Positions 53,366-64,000 of a stretch of 64,000 bases of DNA are shown one piece after another. How positions within the stretch are numbered: the first letter of the stretch is position 1; each line of letters begins with the position of its first letter. Below the pieces are notes generated by a model, which saw nothing but the letters and a program-made list of their open reading frames with translations, ran no database searches and had not been told where the DNA came from. The stretch lies in the NCBI GenBank assembly GCA_964016885.1, contig OZ024743.1, positions 113,150,001 to 113,214,000 of the forward strand, in the 5' to 3' direction. The DNA is from Eledone cirrhosa (taxonomy: Eukaryota). A program made the position numbers and the translations under genes.

Positions 53366-55425
53366 CTACATGATGGCTGCAAACTCGTGTTCAAGTATTG
53401 CCATCGCCCGATAAAATGTTCAAAAATGTGAAGCACAAATGTGACTCTTTAAACCAGCCAAATACTTGCATCCTCTGGCACACACATGGCAACTTTAGGC
53501 TCCCTCGAAACCTTCCATTGCTTTGTTCTGGCTGTATGTTCACATGTAATTTTTAAGACCTCCTATGCTTGTACATTTCTTACACCTTTTCAGATCATAA
53601 TCTACATGAGGTCTACTGATATGACTTTGTTCATGTCTAATCAAACCAGCTTTGCTCAGGCTGACTAGACCACAGTGCTGGCACACCAGATGATGTTCAA
53701 CAGCAGGCAGTTCAGAACAGTCTCAATCCTCACCTTCCTTTTCAGTGTTAGGTGTTCTCTCCGACGAGTTTCAAAGTGTTCACCACCTGACTTGATCAAA
53801 CGTCTCCACTTCACACGCTCGTCAGCCATTTTCTCCCATTCGTCAGATGAAATTCCAGCACAAGCAAAGGTGCCCTTGATACAGTCCCGGTACCGCCTTT
53901 TTGGTGTATGTGGTGGTCGCCTTCTTTCACACAGTTCTCCATAGAGAAGTTGCTTTGGAATACGATCATCAGACATCCGCACCACGTGACTGCACCACCT
54001 CAACCGATACCGAAAGATTATGCTCTCTATAGTCACGCACTTGCTCCGTTCTAGAACTTCCAAATCACTGGCGAACATTTTCCACCACACCCCAAGTAAC
54101 TTATGAAGAGATTGTTGGTGAAATCTCTCCAGATCCTTGAGCTGCTTTCTGTATGTGACCCACGTTTCACAAACATTAAGTAAAGAGGAGACGATACAAG
54201 TCAGATACACTTTCACCTTGGTTTCGATAGTGATACCTCGTCTGGACCATAAACATTGATGCAGCCGTCCAAAAGCATCACTAGCTTTCTTGATTCTTAA
54301 GGATATTTCATTATCATGTGTGCATGACGTGTTCAACGTACTACCAAGGTAAACAAACTTGTCAGCAACTTTTAGCCTCTTTCCGTACACGTACACATTT
54401 GGTGCAGTGTACTCGTTTCCAGGTACTGGCTGATACATCACAACAGTCTTTTCCAAGCTTATTGTGACGCCCAAAGTGCTGCAAGCTGCAGAAAAAGAGT
54501 TCATAATATGCTGCATGTCACTTTGTGAGTGTGCAAAAAGATCGCAGTCGTCTGCATACAAAAACTCTCGGATTATAGATGTTAATACCTTTGTGCTTGT
54601 ACCAAAGCGCCTTGTGTTGAGCAACTCTTGGGATCAATCTATCCATCAATATTCGACACGACTTTACCAACTACTGAAAGAAGGGATATGACATGATAAT
54701 TGCCACATTTGTCCTTGGAGAATCACCATGAGCGCATCCTTCTTGTGGTACATTCTCATCTTCCCACACCATTTTCATGAGGTCAGTCAGGCGCTGCGGG
54801 AAGTTTTCACCACCACACTTCAAAACCGCTCCACTCAGACCATCCATACCAGGAGACTTACCACAGTTCAGCTTATGCACAACAGAAGTCCCCTCTGCAA
54901 GAGAAGATACATTAGCCATCTCATATGCTTCACTGGTTCAATAGGAATGGAACAAATGAAATCATCATCAACCTGGGATGGCTGGTTTAAGAGCTCATCA
55001 AAGTGATCTCTCTATCTGTCGAGTGTCTTTTGGGTCGCGCAGTAATTGCTTGCCATCTTTCGATCTCAAAAGGGCCACTGGAGAGCTGAAAGGGCCATAC
55101 ACCTCTGTGAGTAGAAAGTGCGGCAGTTTCACATTGTTGCCGTCAGATGCCACTTGAACTTCATCTGCTTTGTTGCTCCACCAGGTATTTTGCATAGCCC
55201 TGAGTTTCACCTGCACTTCCTTCTTTACCTGTCTGTAACGCTCATAATTGACATCAACAGAGCTACCACCTTTAAGAACTGCATCAAGTGCCTTTTGTTT
55301 TCCGTCTAGCAGAGCCTTGACCTCCTGGTCATTTTCATCAAACCAGTCCTTGTTTTCTTGTGATAAAGCCAAGGACCTCTGCTGAAGCCCCATAGACCGA
55401 GCTCCTGAAGTCCTTCCAGTTGTTC
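53366..55425 (-). mobile_element. RTE/BovB-like LINE fragment, internally deleted
   Basis: FLYADD, YLGS, RIPKQLLYGEL, KSPGMDG, DWFDEND. Confidence 0.9.
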
Positions 55426-56149
55426 TCATACACGCATGCATACTTACATATATACATGTATACATACATGCATCCATCCATCCATCCATCCATCCACACA
55501 TACATGTATACACACATACATACATCCATCCATATGTGTATACATACATACATACATACAATGGTTAAAGTGTTTGACTGACGACCATAAGTTCATGGGT
55601 TCATATTTGGGACCGGGTAGTTATTGAATCAACCTGATATCAATGTTTATTATACAGCACACTTCCTCTTTGGTATAATATGACACATAGTAATATCTAA
55701 CATAGTACCCATCTAATCTGTTATAATATGATTTACCTTTCCTCTGTGAAGGCACATGCCTTAGGGGTTACGGTACTGAACTAACCATTATAAAGTCATG
55801 GGCTCGTTTCTTCGATCCTGCAGCATGTTGCGTCCTTCAGTAAAATACTTTAGTTCGTGTAGCATCTTCTACCAGGACTTGGGCAGACAGATAATATCAG
55901 TAATGGAAAAAACCTTGTTTCATTAGTATGACCTGGAAATCAGTTCCACTCTATTTATCTTCTTTATTAAAGGCAATCAAATTTTTTTTTATTTTATTAT
56001 TTTTCTTATTTTTCCATGTTTGTTAAATAAATTTCAAAAAATCGAACTAAATTGAAATTTTGTAATAAAATGTCCATAAAAGTTAATGTTTACAATAAAA
56101 TAAAATGTAATAAAATGTATTGAAGTCGACGAAATGTGGACCTTCATTT

Positions 56150-56421
56150 TTGAAAGATGGATAATGCTATAAGCAGACCTTACAATATTGTACCACAATT
56201 TTCCTTTGTGCAAAAGTGGGCAGCCGAATTTAGGAAAGGATAGGGGATTCTTGAAGATGACCCAATGTCTGGACGTCCTACAACTGCCACTACCGAGGAA
56301 AACATTGATCTCAGTACTGCAACACCGATGGAAGAAGTGTGTGGAACGCAAGGGAGACTATGTTGAAAAATAAACCTCATTTGGTCACATTCCATGAGAG
56401 TATCTTTGTCAACCCTCGTAT
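56150..56421 (+). mobile_element. Internally deleted mariner remnant
   Basis: EDDPMSGRPTTATTEENID joined to RWKKCVERKGDYVEK*. Confidence 0.8.
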
Positions 56422-56456
56422 CTATGCGCAATATACGTAAAGATACAGAATTGCGG

Positions 56457-56874
56457 GCACTACAACGCTATTAGCTGTCATATTTGTTGGTGAAAAAAAT
56501 TTGATTATAAAACTTAAATTTATGAATGACTTGTTTTCTACATTGATAACCATGACTTGTTTTCTAATTAACTTAAATTTGTTTTCTAATTTGGCCCTTT
56601 TAAGGGCCACCTATATTTTCATTTAAGTAACTCCACTTACATCGATATGCTTTATAACCATGACTTGTTTTCTATTTGTTTTCTAATTTGGCCCTTTTAT
56701 GTCTTCCCTCTCTCTCTCTTCCCTATCTCTCCTCTTCCCTCTCTCTCTCTCAAAAAAAAAACGCGTGAAAACTCCACTTACGCGTGGTAGTAATACGGAA
56801 ATAAACGATGTTGACGAGTGACGTCACCTTCGCCTATTTTCCACTGGACTGACAGCTAATAGCGTTGTAGTGCC
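56457..56874. mobile_element. Small MITE with the same 25-bp GGCACTACAACGCTATTAGCTGTCA TIRs
   Basis: Perfect 25-bp inverted ends; no TSD seen (gaattgcg / ataatttt). Confidence 0.75.
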
Positions 56875-57520
56875 ATAATTTTAATTCAGTTAATTCAGGG
56901 TCAAATTGTTAATGGAATTAACCATCGCGATCTTTCCATCGCTACCGCTACTACAGCAGATACCATCAATCTCCATGGGGACTGTATCCATGCTTTTGAA
57001 TAAGGTTGGTGAAAAAAATTTGTTTTCTAAACATTTCTTCATAAAGGGTTGGTGAAACAAATTTGATAACCATAAATTTGTTTTCTAATTTGGCCCTTTT
57101 AAGGGCCACCTATATTTTCATTTAAGTTAACTCCACTGTTGGTGAAAATGACTTGTTTTCTACATTAATAACCATGACTATGAAAATATAGTTCATGGTA
57201 TTAGCTGTCAGAAGTAACTTCACTGTTGGTGAAAATGCCTTGTTTTCTACATTGATAACCATGACTATGAAAATATAAATGATTAAATCCAATTTATTTG
57301 ATAACCATGACTTGTTTTCTAATTAACTTAAATTTGTTTTCTAATTTAGCCCTTTTAAGGGCCACCTATATTTTCATTTAAGTAACTCCACTTACATCTC
57401 TATGCTTTAATAAAAAAACTAAAAAAAAAACTCCACTTACGCGTGGTAGTAATACGGAAATAAACGATGTTTTGCTTTCATCGGCTGCTTTCGACTGACA
57501 GCTAATAGCGTTGTAGTGCC

Positions 57521-57698
57521 GAAAAGTTAATAGGCTGACTATGAAGGAGGGTTGCTAGTGCTGTGAAATCTTGCATGCATTAATTTCAACTCTTAATAAT
57601 AACTGCATTGTTTCTTTCTCAGGACTATGTTGAAAAATAAGCTTCATTTGAGAGTATCTTGGCAAGTCTGTGTGAGTGAACTTTTCGGCCGACTGGTA
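57521..57698 (+). mobile_element. Remainder of the mariner-derived MITE whose first ~20 bp lie at 20575-20596
   Basis: Contains gactatgttgaaaaataa (DYVEK*). Ends tgaacttttcggccgactggta, inverted-similar to tacaagggtagactgaaaagtt. Confidence 0.65.
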
Positions 57699-58009
57699 AG
57701 TCAAACTGTTTTATTTGTAAATATTTTTCTTAATGTATTGCTATTTGTTTAGCTTCCTCGTGAAGCAAACATCATTGTGCAGTGATACTGTGGGGAAACT
57801 TTTGTCATATCTTTCTCCAACGTGATGGAAATATTTGACTTTATTGTTTAAAACCGTTAAAGACAACATAACTAATCATTTTTTGATGGTTACTTAACAA
57901 TGAATGGAACATAATTCTCCCATACTTCCATTATTGTATAGTTCTGTTCATTAATGCTTTGGGAAACAATGAGTTTGTAATGAAATTATATAATATTTAT
58001 GATTTGCAG

Positions 58010-58116
58010 AAGGGGCAAATCAATAAAAAGGAATTAGGAGAGAGAACAAACAAGAGGCACGAACACTCAATTGAATACTGTAGCAAGGAATGTCAGCGTT
58101 TTCTTCTCAATACTAA
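58010..58116 (+). CDS. Candidate coding exon (KGQINKKELGERTNKRHEHSIEYCSKECQRFLLNT)
   Basis: tttgcag| acceptor and |gtaagc donor; only one frame is open; YCSKECQ resembles a MYND-finger motif. Confidence 0.4.
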
Positions 58117-58649
58117 GTAAGCCAAGACACCCACTATATTACCGACAGGGTCTCAAAATATTAGAATTAATTTTTTTTTATTAGAAGTATTTTCTGGCAT
58201 TCTCCTAATTACTGAACACCTTTTTTAATTATTGTAAACAAAATTTATGGATATCGTTTTCAGCTGTATTACCATAGAAATAATTCTATAGTATCTAAAT
58301 TTTATGACAAAGTTTGGTTAGGAGAAAAATATGGTGTCCGTTCTAGAAAAAGTACAGTGAAATTTTAGTATGGTATGGAGTTCTCGGATGGGAGAACCAC
58401 CAAAAATAACTAACTTACGATGATTTTAAAGGTTGTATTCAAGCCAAAAATCATAGGAAAAGCATAAATTTCACCTTCAAAATTCTAATCAGTTTTTTTT
58501 TTCCTTCGTGTTTTTTTTTTTTCTACTACCATTTCAACTTCTCGGGAGAGTCTCAGACAAGCCTCTCGATTTTTCTTATCAAATTATAAATGTGAGAGAT
58601 GTGTGTCTGCTTGTGGGCACACATACATAATCTTGCCTGCACCTAGAAC

Positions 58650-58807
58650 CAGTGCTGGATTTAGGACAAATAAGGCTCTGTGCTAGTTAAGTTATGAGGC
58701 CCCTTTGAACATTTGAAAAATTCATTGTAAAAATTTTTTTGGCAGGAAAATACTACGCCCTGGCCAGTGAGGTCCTGTGCTTAAGCACAATGGTAAATCC
58801 GACACTG
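58650..58807. mobile_element. hAT MITE with 8-bp TSD
   Basis: cctagaac|cagtgctggattta...taaatccgacactg|cctagaac. Confidence 0.9.
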
Positions 58808-58815
58808 CCTAGAAC

Positions 58816-59440
58816 GCTTTACCAGGAACCATGCATCTCAGTGAAGGGAGAGAAACACTCCCCCATGAATGGCAATCAGATGCAGAGGTCAATAATAGAA
58901 TTGTTGAAGCCAGTGCTGCCTTTGGAAGGGTCTGCGAAATGTATGGAATCAGAGAGGACTCAGCCTCACAACCAAACTGGAAGACTACTGAGTAGTGGTG
59001 TTTTACCTTGCTCTTCAGCACCTGTGAGATCTGGAATTTATACAGCAAATATGCTAAACAGCTTAACTATTTCCATCTGAGCTGCATCCTCAGATTTCTC
59101 CACAAACGGTAGCAGGAACAAGTCCAAGACTCGGAGGCCCTGAAACAGGCTTTCATCCACAGTAACCACACCGTCTTACAGAATGTTCATGTCAGATAGA
59201 TAGGTAATGTTGTCCAAATGTTTGACAGTAGGCTAATGTATGAAAAACCGAGCCAGTGCAAGTGTTCTGTCAGTGAAGTGAAGGAATGTTTCAAAGACAA
59301 TTTAAAAGTGTTCCTTAAAAACTTCAACATCAACCTCAGTAGTTGAGAGTCACCTGCTCTGGATTGCCCAGTTTGGTGAAGCCAAATCTTTGAGGGACCA
59401 CGTGCAGTAGAAACCAGATACATCACAGGCTCAGAGGAGT
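58816..59440 (+). mobile_element. Old RTE/BovB-like C-terminal fragment
   Basis: Degenerate gaggtcaataatagaatt..gccagtgctgcctttggaagg (EVNNRI.KASAAFGR) with many stops. Confidence 0.6.
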
Positions 59441-59954
59441 AAACATGTCTTATTTACACATTTCTTTGTAGATTGAAAAAGAGGAACAGCTGATCGTGAT
59501 TATATTTATTCTTTTACCTAATGTTGCTATGCTGGAGCACAGCCTTTAAGGGCTTAAGCTGATCATATTGACCCCAATACTTATTTTCTTAAGTCTGGTA
59601 TTTACATTATTGATCTCTTTTTATCGAATGTAAATATGCACTTATCAGATAAGTTTTGCAGTTCCTGTCTATCAAATTTTTCCCACAAGGCATTAATCAA
59701 CTAGATGGCTATAGTGGAAGACATTTGACCATGATGTCATGTAGTGGAACTGGATGTGAAATCATGGAAATGTACAGTGAATTCCTTAACCACAGAGACA
59801 TGACTATACCTGTATTTTTACATATATGTGTGTTTGTATACACATTTCACACTCTCTTCAGTTAAATTTCGTACAAATATATGTATTTATGAAATATAAC
59901 TACAGTTCTAATTTTTTTTGTTTACCTTCTTCATCTCGGGTCTGAATTAAGTAT

Positions 59955-60665
59955 TTTGATTTTTTTTTCTTTTGAAGTGGTTGTTTAGCCTCATATAGAG
60001 TGCACTGCACAGGCTTCCTTGAGAGGATGAGTGTCTCAGTTTTTACAGCATTGATTTTCATTCCAGCCATGCAACACTTGCCATCAAACCTATTAAATGC
60101 AAGTTGGAGATCACCTCCTGTCGAGTTAAGTAACACCATGTTGTCTGCAAATTCCAGTTAACTGATTTTAGACCTGCCACTCATGACACCACTTCCATCC
60201 TGGCTGTGCATGTCAATTCTTTTCATATAAATAATGAACAGTGTCCACAATTGTCAGAGTCCGACTCCCACATTGAGTGGTTTCGATTTAGCACCATTTA
60301 TCCAAATACAAATACTTGGGCATTTGTATAAAGACATCGGAGCAGCAAAAAGCTGACCATCAATCCCATTCTCTTGCAGAACCTTCCACAGCAGGTCTCA
60401 AGGAATGCAGTCATATGCCTTTTCGAGGTCTACAAAACAAGAATATACCCCTTGGCAATAATCCCATGATTTCTTGAAGACATGCTGCAGTGTGAATATT
60501 TGGTCAGCTTTGTGAAAGCCAAACTATTTATCAGCTATCTTAGACTTGACAATCTCCCTTCATCTCTTGCCAGATACTTAGCATAGACTTTATCGAGGAG
60601 GTTTAACAAGGATATCTCTCTATAATTGGAACAAACTCTGTCTCCCTTTTTGAAAATTGGGTAAT
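59955..60665 (-). mobile_element. LINE RT fragment
   Basis: Minus-strand IFKKGD..CSNYRDISLL, FVDLEKAYD, FADN, GMKINAVKTE. Confidence 0.8.
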
Positions 60666-61189
60666 GACTGAAAGAATATGATCGCGAATACAAGTGGTCG
60701 AAATGGGGTTTCTCCGGAGGGTCTTTGAAGTAAACTTACTCAATAGAGTGCATCGCTCGGGGATCAGAGAGTCACTCCAGATAGAGCCGCTACTTCTCTG
60801 AATTGATAGATCACAGCTCCCATACTATGTAAACATTACCAGAAGTCTCATCCTAGCCATGTCACTATGGAAAAACGATGATGATGATTATATATAATAT
60901 ATATATATATATATAAAGTATTATTTTGTATATCTAGCAATATACAGTATCTTTATGAATAAATATTTTTAAAGCCTTCAGTTATGAATTTGGTAACTGA
61001 TGTAGTAGTGCAATATAGCAGATTACAGCAGAAGCAAAGGGTGGGTAACTATTGACGACGAACATCGTTTCTGACTCGCATCATTATCAAGACAGTGCTC
61101 CATTACTCTGTTCTCTACTCAAACTCTATATAGGCGAAAGGTGTTCGCTCATAGCTGTTAGAATCACTAAGATATACAAGATACACCTA

Positions 61190-61857
61190 ATTCATCACCA
61201 TCACTGTTTACGTACATTCTTCTCCGCTAGCATACGTTAAACGAGTTATCCTGTTGTGGGCAATGCCAGGTCAGGTGACTATGTCTTGCTCATACAGAAC
61301 TGATTTTGGCTTGATTTCTACAGCTGGATGCCCTTCCTAACACCAACTTCATTCACAGTGAGTGCTGGGTGCTTTTTTACTGTGGTGCCTACACGACCAC
61401 CTAACAGTGTGGACTGGGTGCTTTTTTTGTCGTGACACCTCTACGACCACTTTACAGTGGGAGGGGGCATAGTCTATATGCTTCAGCTTCGGCTTGTACC
61501 TGTGGGAAGTCGGGTCTTTTGTATTACTGCGTAACGCCAGAGGTCTCGGTTCTGTGACATCGCCTTTGAGAGGTGCAACTAGGCAAGGTCAACTTTTATC
61601 ACCTCATCCCAGGTCTTCTTGTGTCTTCCCACTCCAAGGCTTCCATTGACTTTTTGTGTCCTGCACCTTTTTATGTGACTGTCATCCTTCATATGCATCA
61701 CATGTCCACACCAACGCAATCTCCTCTCCTGCACACAGCATTTGATTCCTCTTATGCTTAATCTCTCTCACAATTCGTTTATGCTTTACCGTTCGCGTAT
61801 ATTACTATTACACATTCATTGGAGCATGCAAGCTTCGTTTCTTTCTAACCTACGCAA
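61190..61857 (-). mobile_element. RTE 3' end fragment
   Basis: Reverse complement of the 47520-48250-type sequence. Confidence 0.8.
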
Positions 61858-62050
61858 GGTTATATATATATAGTATTCCACCTGGTTCTGGTGCGGCTGA
61901 TAACGTTGTTAGAACTCAAGGTGTCCTTGGAAAAATGGTTGCAGCGAGATTGGGCGGTGTGACCAGTAGTTTTTGTGGTAGGTAATCACCGCTAAGGTTA
62001 TCCTCGAAAAAGATCCACCAGGGTTACGGAGTCATTTACATATATGTATG

Positions 62051-62165
62051 TGTTTTATGAAGAAGAATTTCGAGACTAGAAATAGGTAGTAGTCTACCCA
62101 CTATCATGCTAGTTGATACATCGATCTTCCCCCATCAGTTGACCCTCTGAAACGATCGTAAAACA
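62051..62165 (+). ncRNA. Degenerate long-stem-II hammerhead
   Basis: tgtttt ATGAAGA aga...tct GAAAC gatc GTA^aaaca; C3 is mutated. Confidence 0.4.
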
Positions 62166-62989
62166 ATGAACTACCTACGTCTTACTTCTGTCTTTTTTTT
62201 CCATTGTTCTATTCGCGTACGTACGCACGAGCACGCACACGCACACCTACCTACCTCTTTTCTAACAAGGAAAACAAATGTTATATGATGATGATGATAT
62301 ATATCTTTAGTCTACGGAAATACAAAGAAAAGTCTGCCAATTGATATTTATCTATCATGCATGCCCTAAAGATTAATAATCATTGATCAATCGTACTACT
62401 ATCCTATATAAACATTTAGATCAATATTACAATTAAAAAATAATATTGATAAAAGTACTTTAAACGTATTTTTACCGCATTTCTTAAGAGAAATGCTTTA
62501 GGTATTAAAAAAATATATATTTCCATTGTATATAAAATGTTTTCATATATTTATCATTATATGTATATTAAATATAGTTTAAATATATTTTCCATTGTAT
62601 ATTAAATCTAGTTTAAATGTATTTTCTATTCTATATTAAATATAGTTTAAATATATTTTCCATTCTATATTAAATGTAGTTTAAATTTTACAAATAGAAT
62701 CAATTGTTGTATGTTTTAAAGTTTTCTTTGCTTCCATTTTTTTTTATATCTAGACACACAGACCCATATGCACACACACATACACACACACACACTGAAT
62801 ACAGACAGACATGCATACATACATACATATAAATAAACCCGCTCTTTTTGATTATTTCCGAGATTGAATTTTGCTTGATTTAACATCTAGCCAAAAAATA
62901 AACTAAAAATTCACAGACACACATTGACCCTCTCTCTCTCGCACATAATATATAGAAATGAATTTGTGCATGCATGTATATATATAAAA

Positions 62990-63373
62990 AACATGAGAAG
63001 AAAGAATACTGCGTGGTTGCACATGGGTTACATATGATAAAAATAGTCCTTCGTCAGTGATTTTACAACCTTCATTGGTATTTCATCGCTTTAAAAATCA
63101 TATACCTCCGGTTGGTGCGAGCAATAGCTAAATAAAGCTATTGGGACAAGTAAATCGCGTAAAGCGAGCGAGACAAGGTAAACAATAGGGAAGGATAGCA
63201 ACGCAAAGATAGGAAAAACTTCCTTGTTGTTTACCTTGTCTCGCTCGCTTGACGCGATTTACTTGTCCCAATAGCTTTATTTAGCTATTGCTCGCACCAA
63301 CCGGAGGTATATGATTTTTAAAGCGATGAAATACCAATGAAGGTTGGAAAATCACTGACGAAGGACTATTTTT

Positions 63374-63378
<5 letters not shown>
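62990..63378. mobile_element. Fold-back of the 51-kb tail family
   Basis: 63035-63195 is inverted relative to 63220-63378; (TA)n flanks. Confidence 0.8.
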
Positions 63379-63405
<27 letters not shown>

Positions 63406-63819
63406 GCGTCCAGAATTAGCCGTCGAAACGGCTTGAGCTCAGCCGTCGGGGTCCTACTCGTTCCTATATATATATATAATATATATATACACATGCATCT
63501 CTCTCTCTCTCTCTCTCTCTCTCACCCTCTCTCTCACACACAATATATAGAGATGCATATGTGTATGCATGTATATATACAATCATCTCTCTACATATGT
63601 TTATGTGGGTGTTTACATATATACAGGATGTCCCCCAAAAATGTATATATACTTCCACAGCATTCTAATAAATGTGTATACATTTGGGGAGGGGGGGGGC
63701 ATCCTGTATATATGTGTGTATGTGTGTGTGTGTGATTTCAAGAAATTAGTTCTGACCTTACTCTCCATCTACACTTTTATTTATCTTTTACATTCAATTT
63801 AGGAATTTTAGCACTAGAT

Positions 63820-64000
63820 TGTTGTTCTTATTGGTGGTGTTGTTGTCATTGTTGAGGTGCTGTTGATGTTTCTATAGTTGGTGGTAGTGTTGATGTTTCT
63901 GTAGTTAGTGGTGGTGGTGGTGGTAGTGTTGATGTTGGTGGTGGTGGTGGGGTGTTGTTGGTGATGTTGGTGGTGGTAGTGGTGGTATTGGTGGTGGTGT
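63820..64000. repeat. (GGT/TGT)n trinucleotide microsatellite
   Basis: Seen directly. Confidence 0.9.

Larger units (their letters stand above)
20597..57520. mobile_element. Putative 36.9-kb composite DNA transposon with Merlin-like ends
   Basis: Inverted ends 20597-20809 and 57339-57520 start GGCAC. Direct 8-bp GAAAAGTT at 20589-20596 and 57521-57528. Joining the flanks restores a mariner-MITE TIR. Confidence 0.7.

Overview
AT-rich, microsatellite-dense animal genomic DNA. The SINE, LINE and PLE repertoire suggests a coleoid cephalopod such as Octopus; this is inference, not a database result. Almost all of the window is mobile-element or tandem-repeat derived. (1) One intact, apparently young Penelope-like retroelement (Naiad-type RT + GIY-YIG ORF, 7283-9724) has near-identical pseudo-LTRs and an inverted 5' pLTR piece. 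(2) About 12 hammerhead-ribozyme (HHR) motifs occur in PLE tails from several families; some have an 85-116 nt stem II and some sit as sense/antisense pairs in fold-backs. (3) A putative ~37-kb composite DNA transposon (20597-57520) is bounded by inverted GGCAC- (Merlin-like) ends and an 8-bp target duplication GAAAAGTT that splits a mariner MITE. (4) Inside it, a 17-kb block contains pentamer and hexamer arrays that drift in sequence, a hairpin-rich higher-order satellite, exon-like pieces and a promoter-like segment just upstream. The rest is RTE/CR1 LINE remnants, CORE- and Meta-type SINEs, mariner, piggyBac-like and hAT MITEs. No complete host gene is supported, and most short ORFs in the track are microsatellite artefacts. 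All coordinates and pairings were read by eye.
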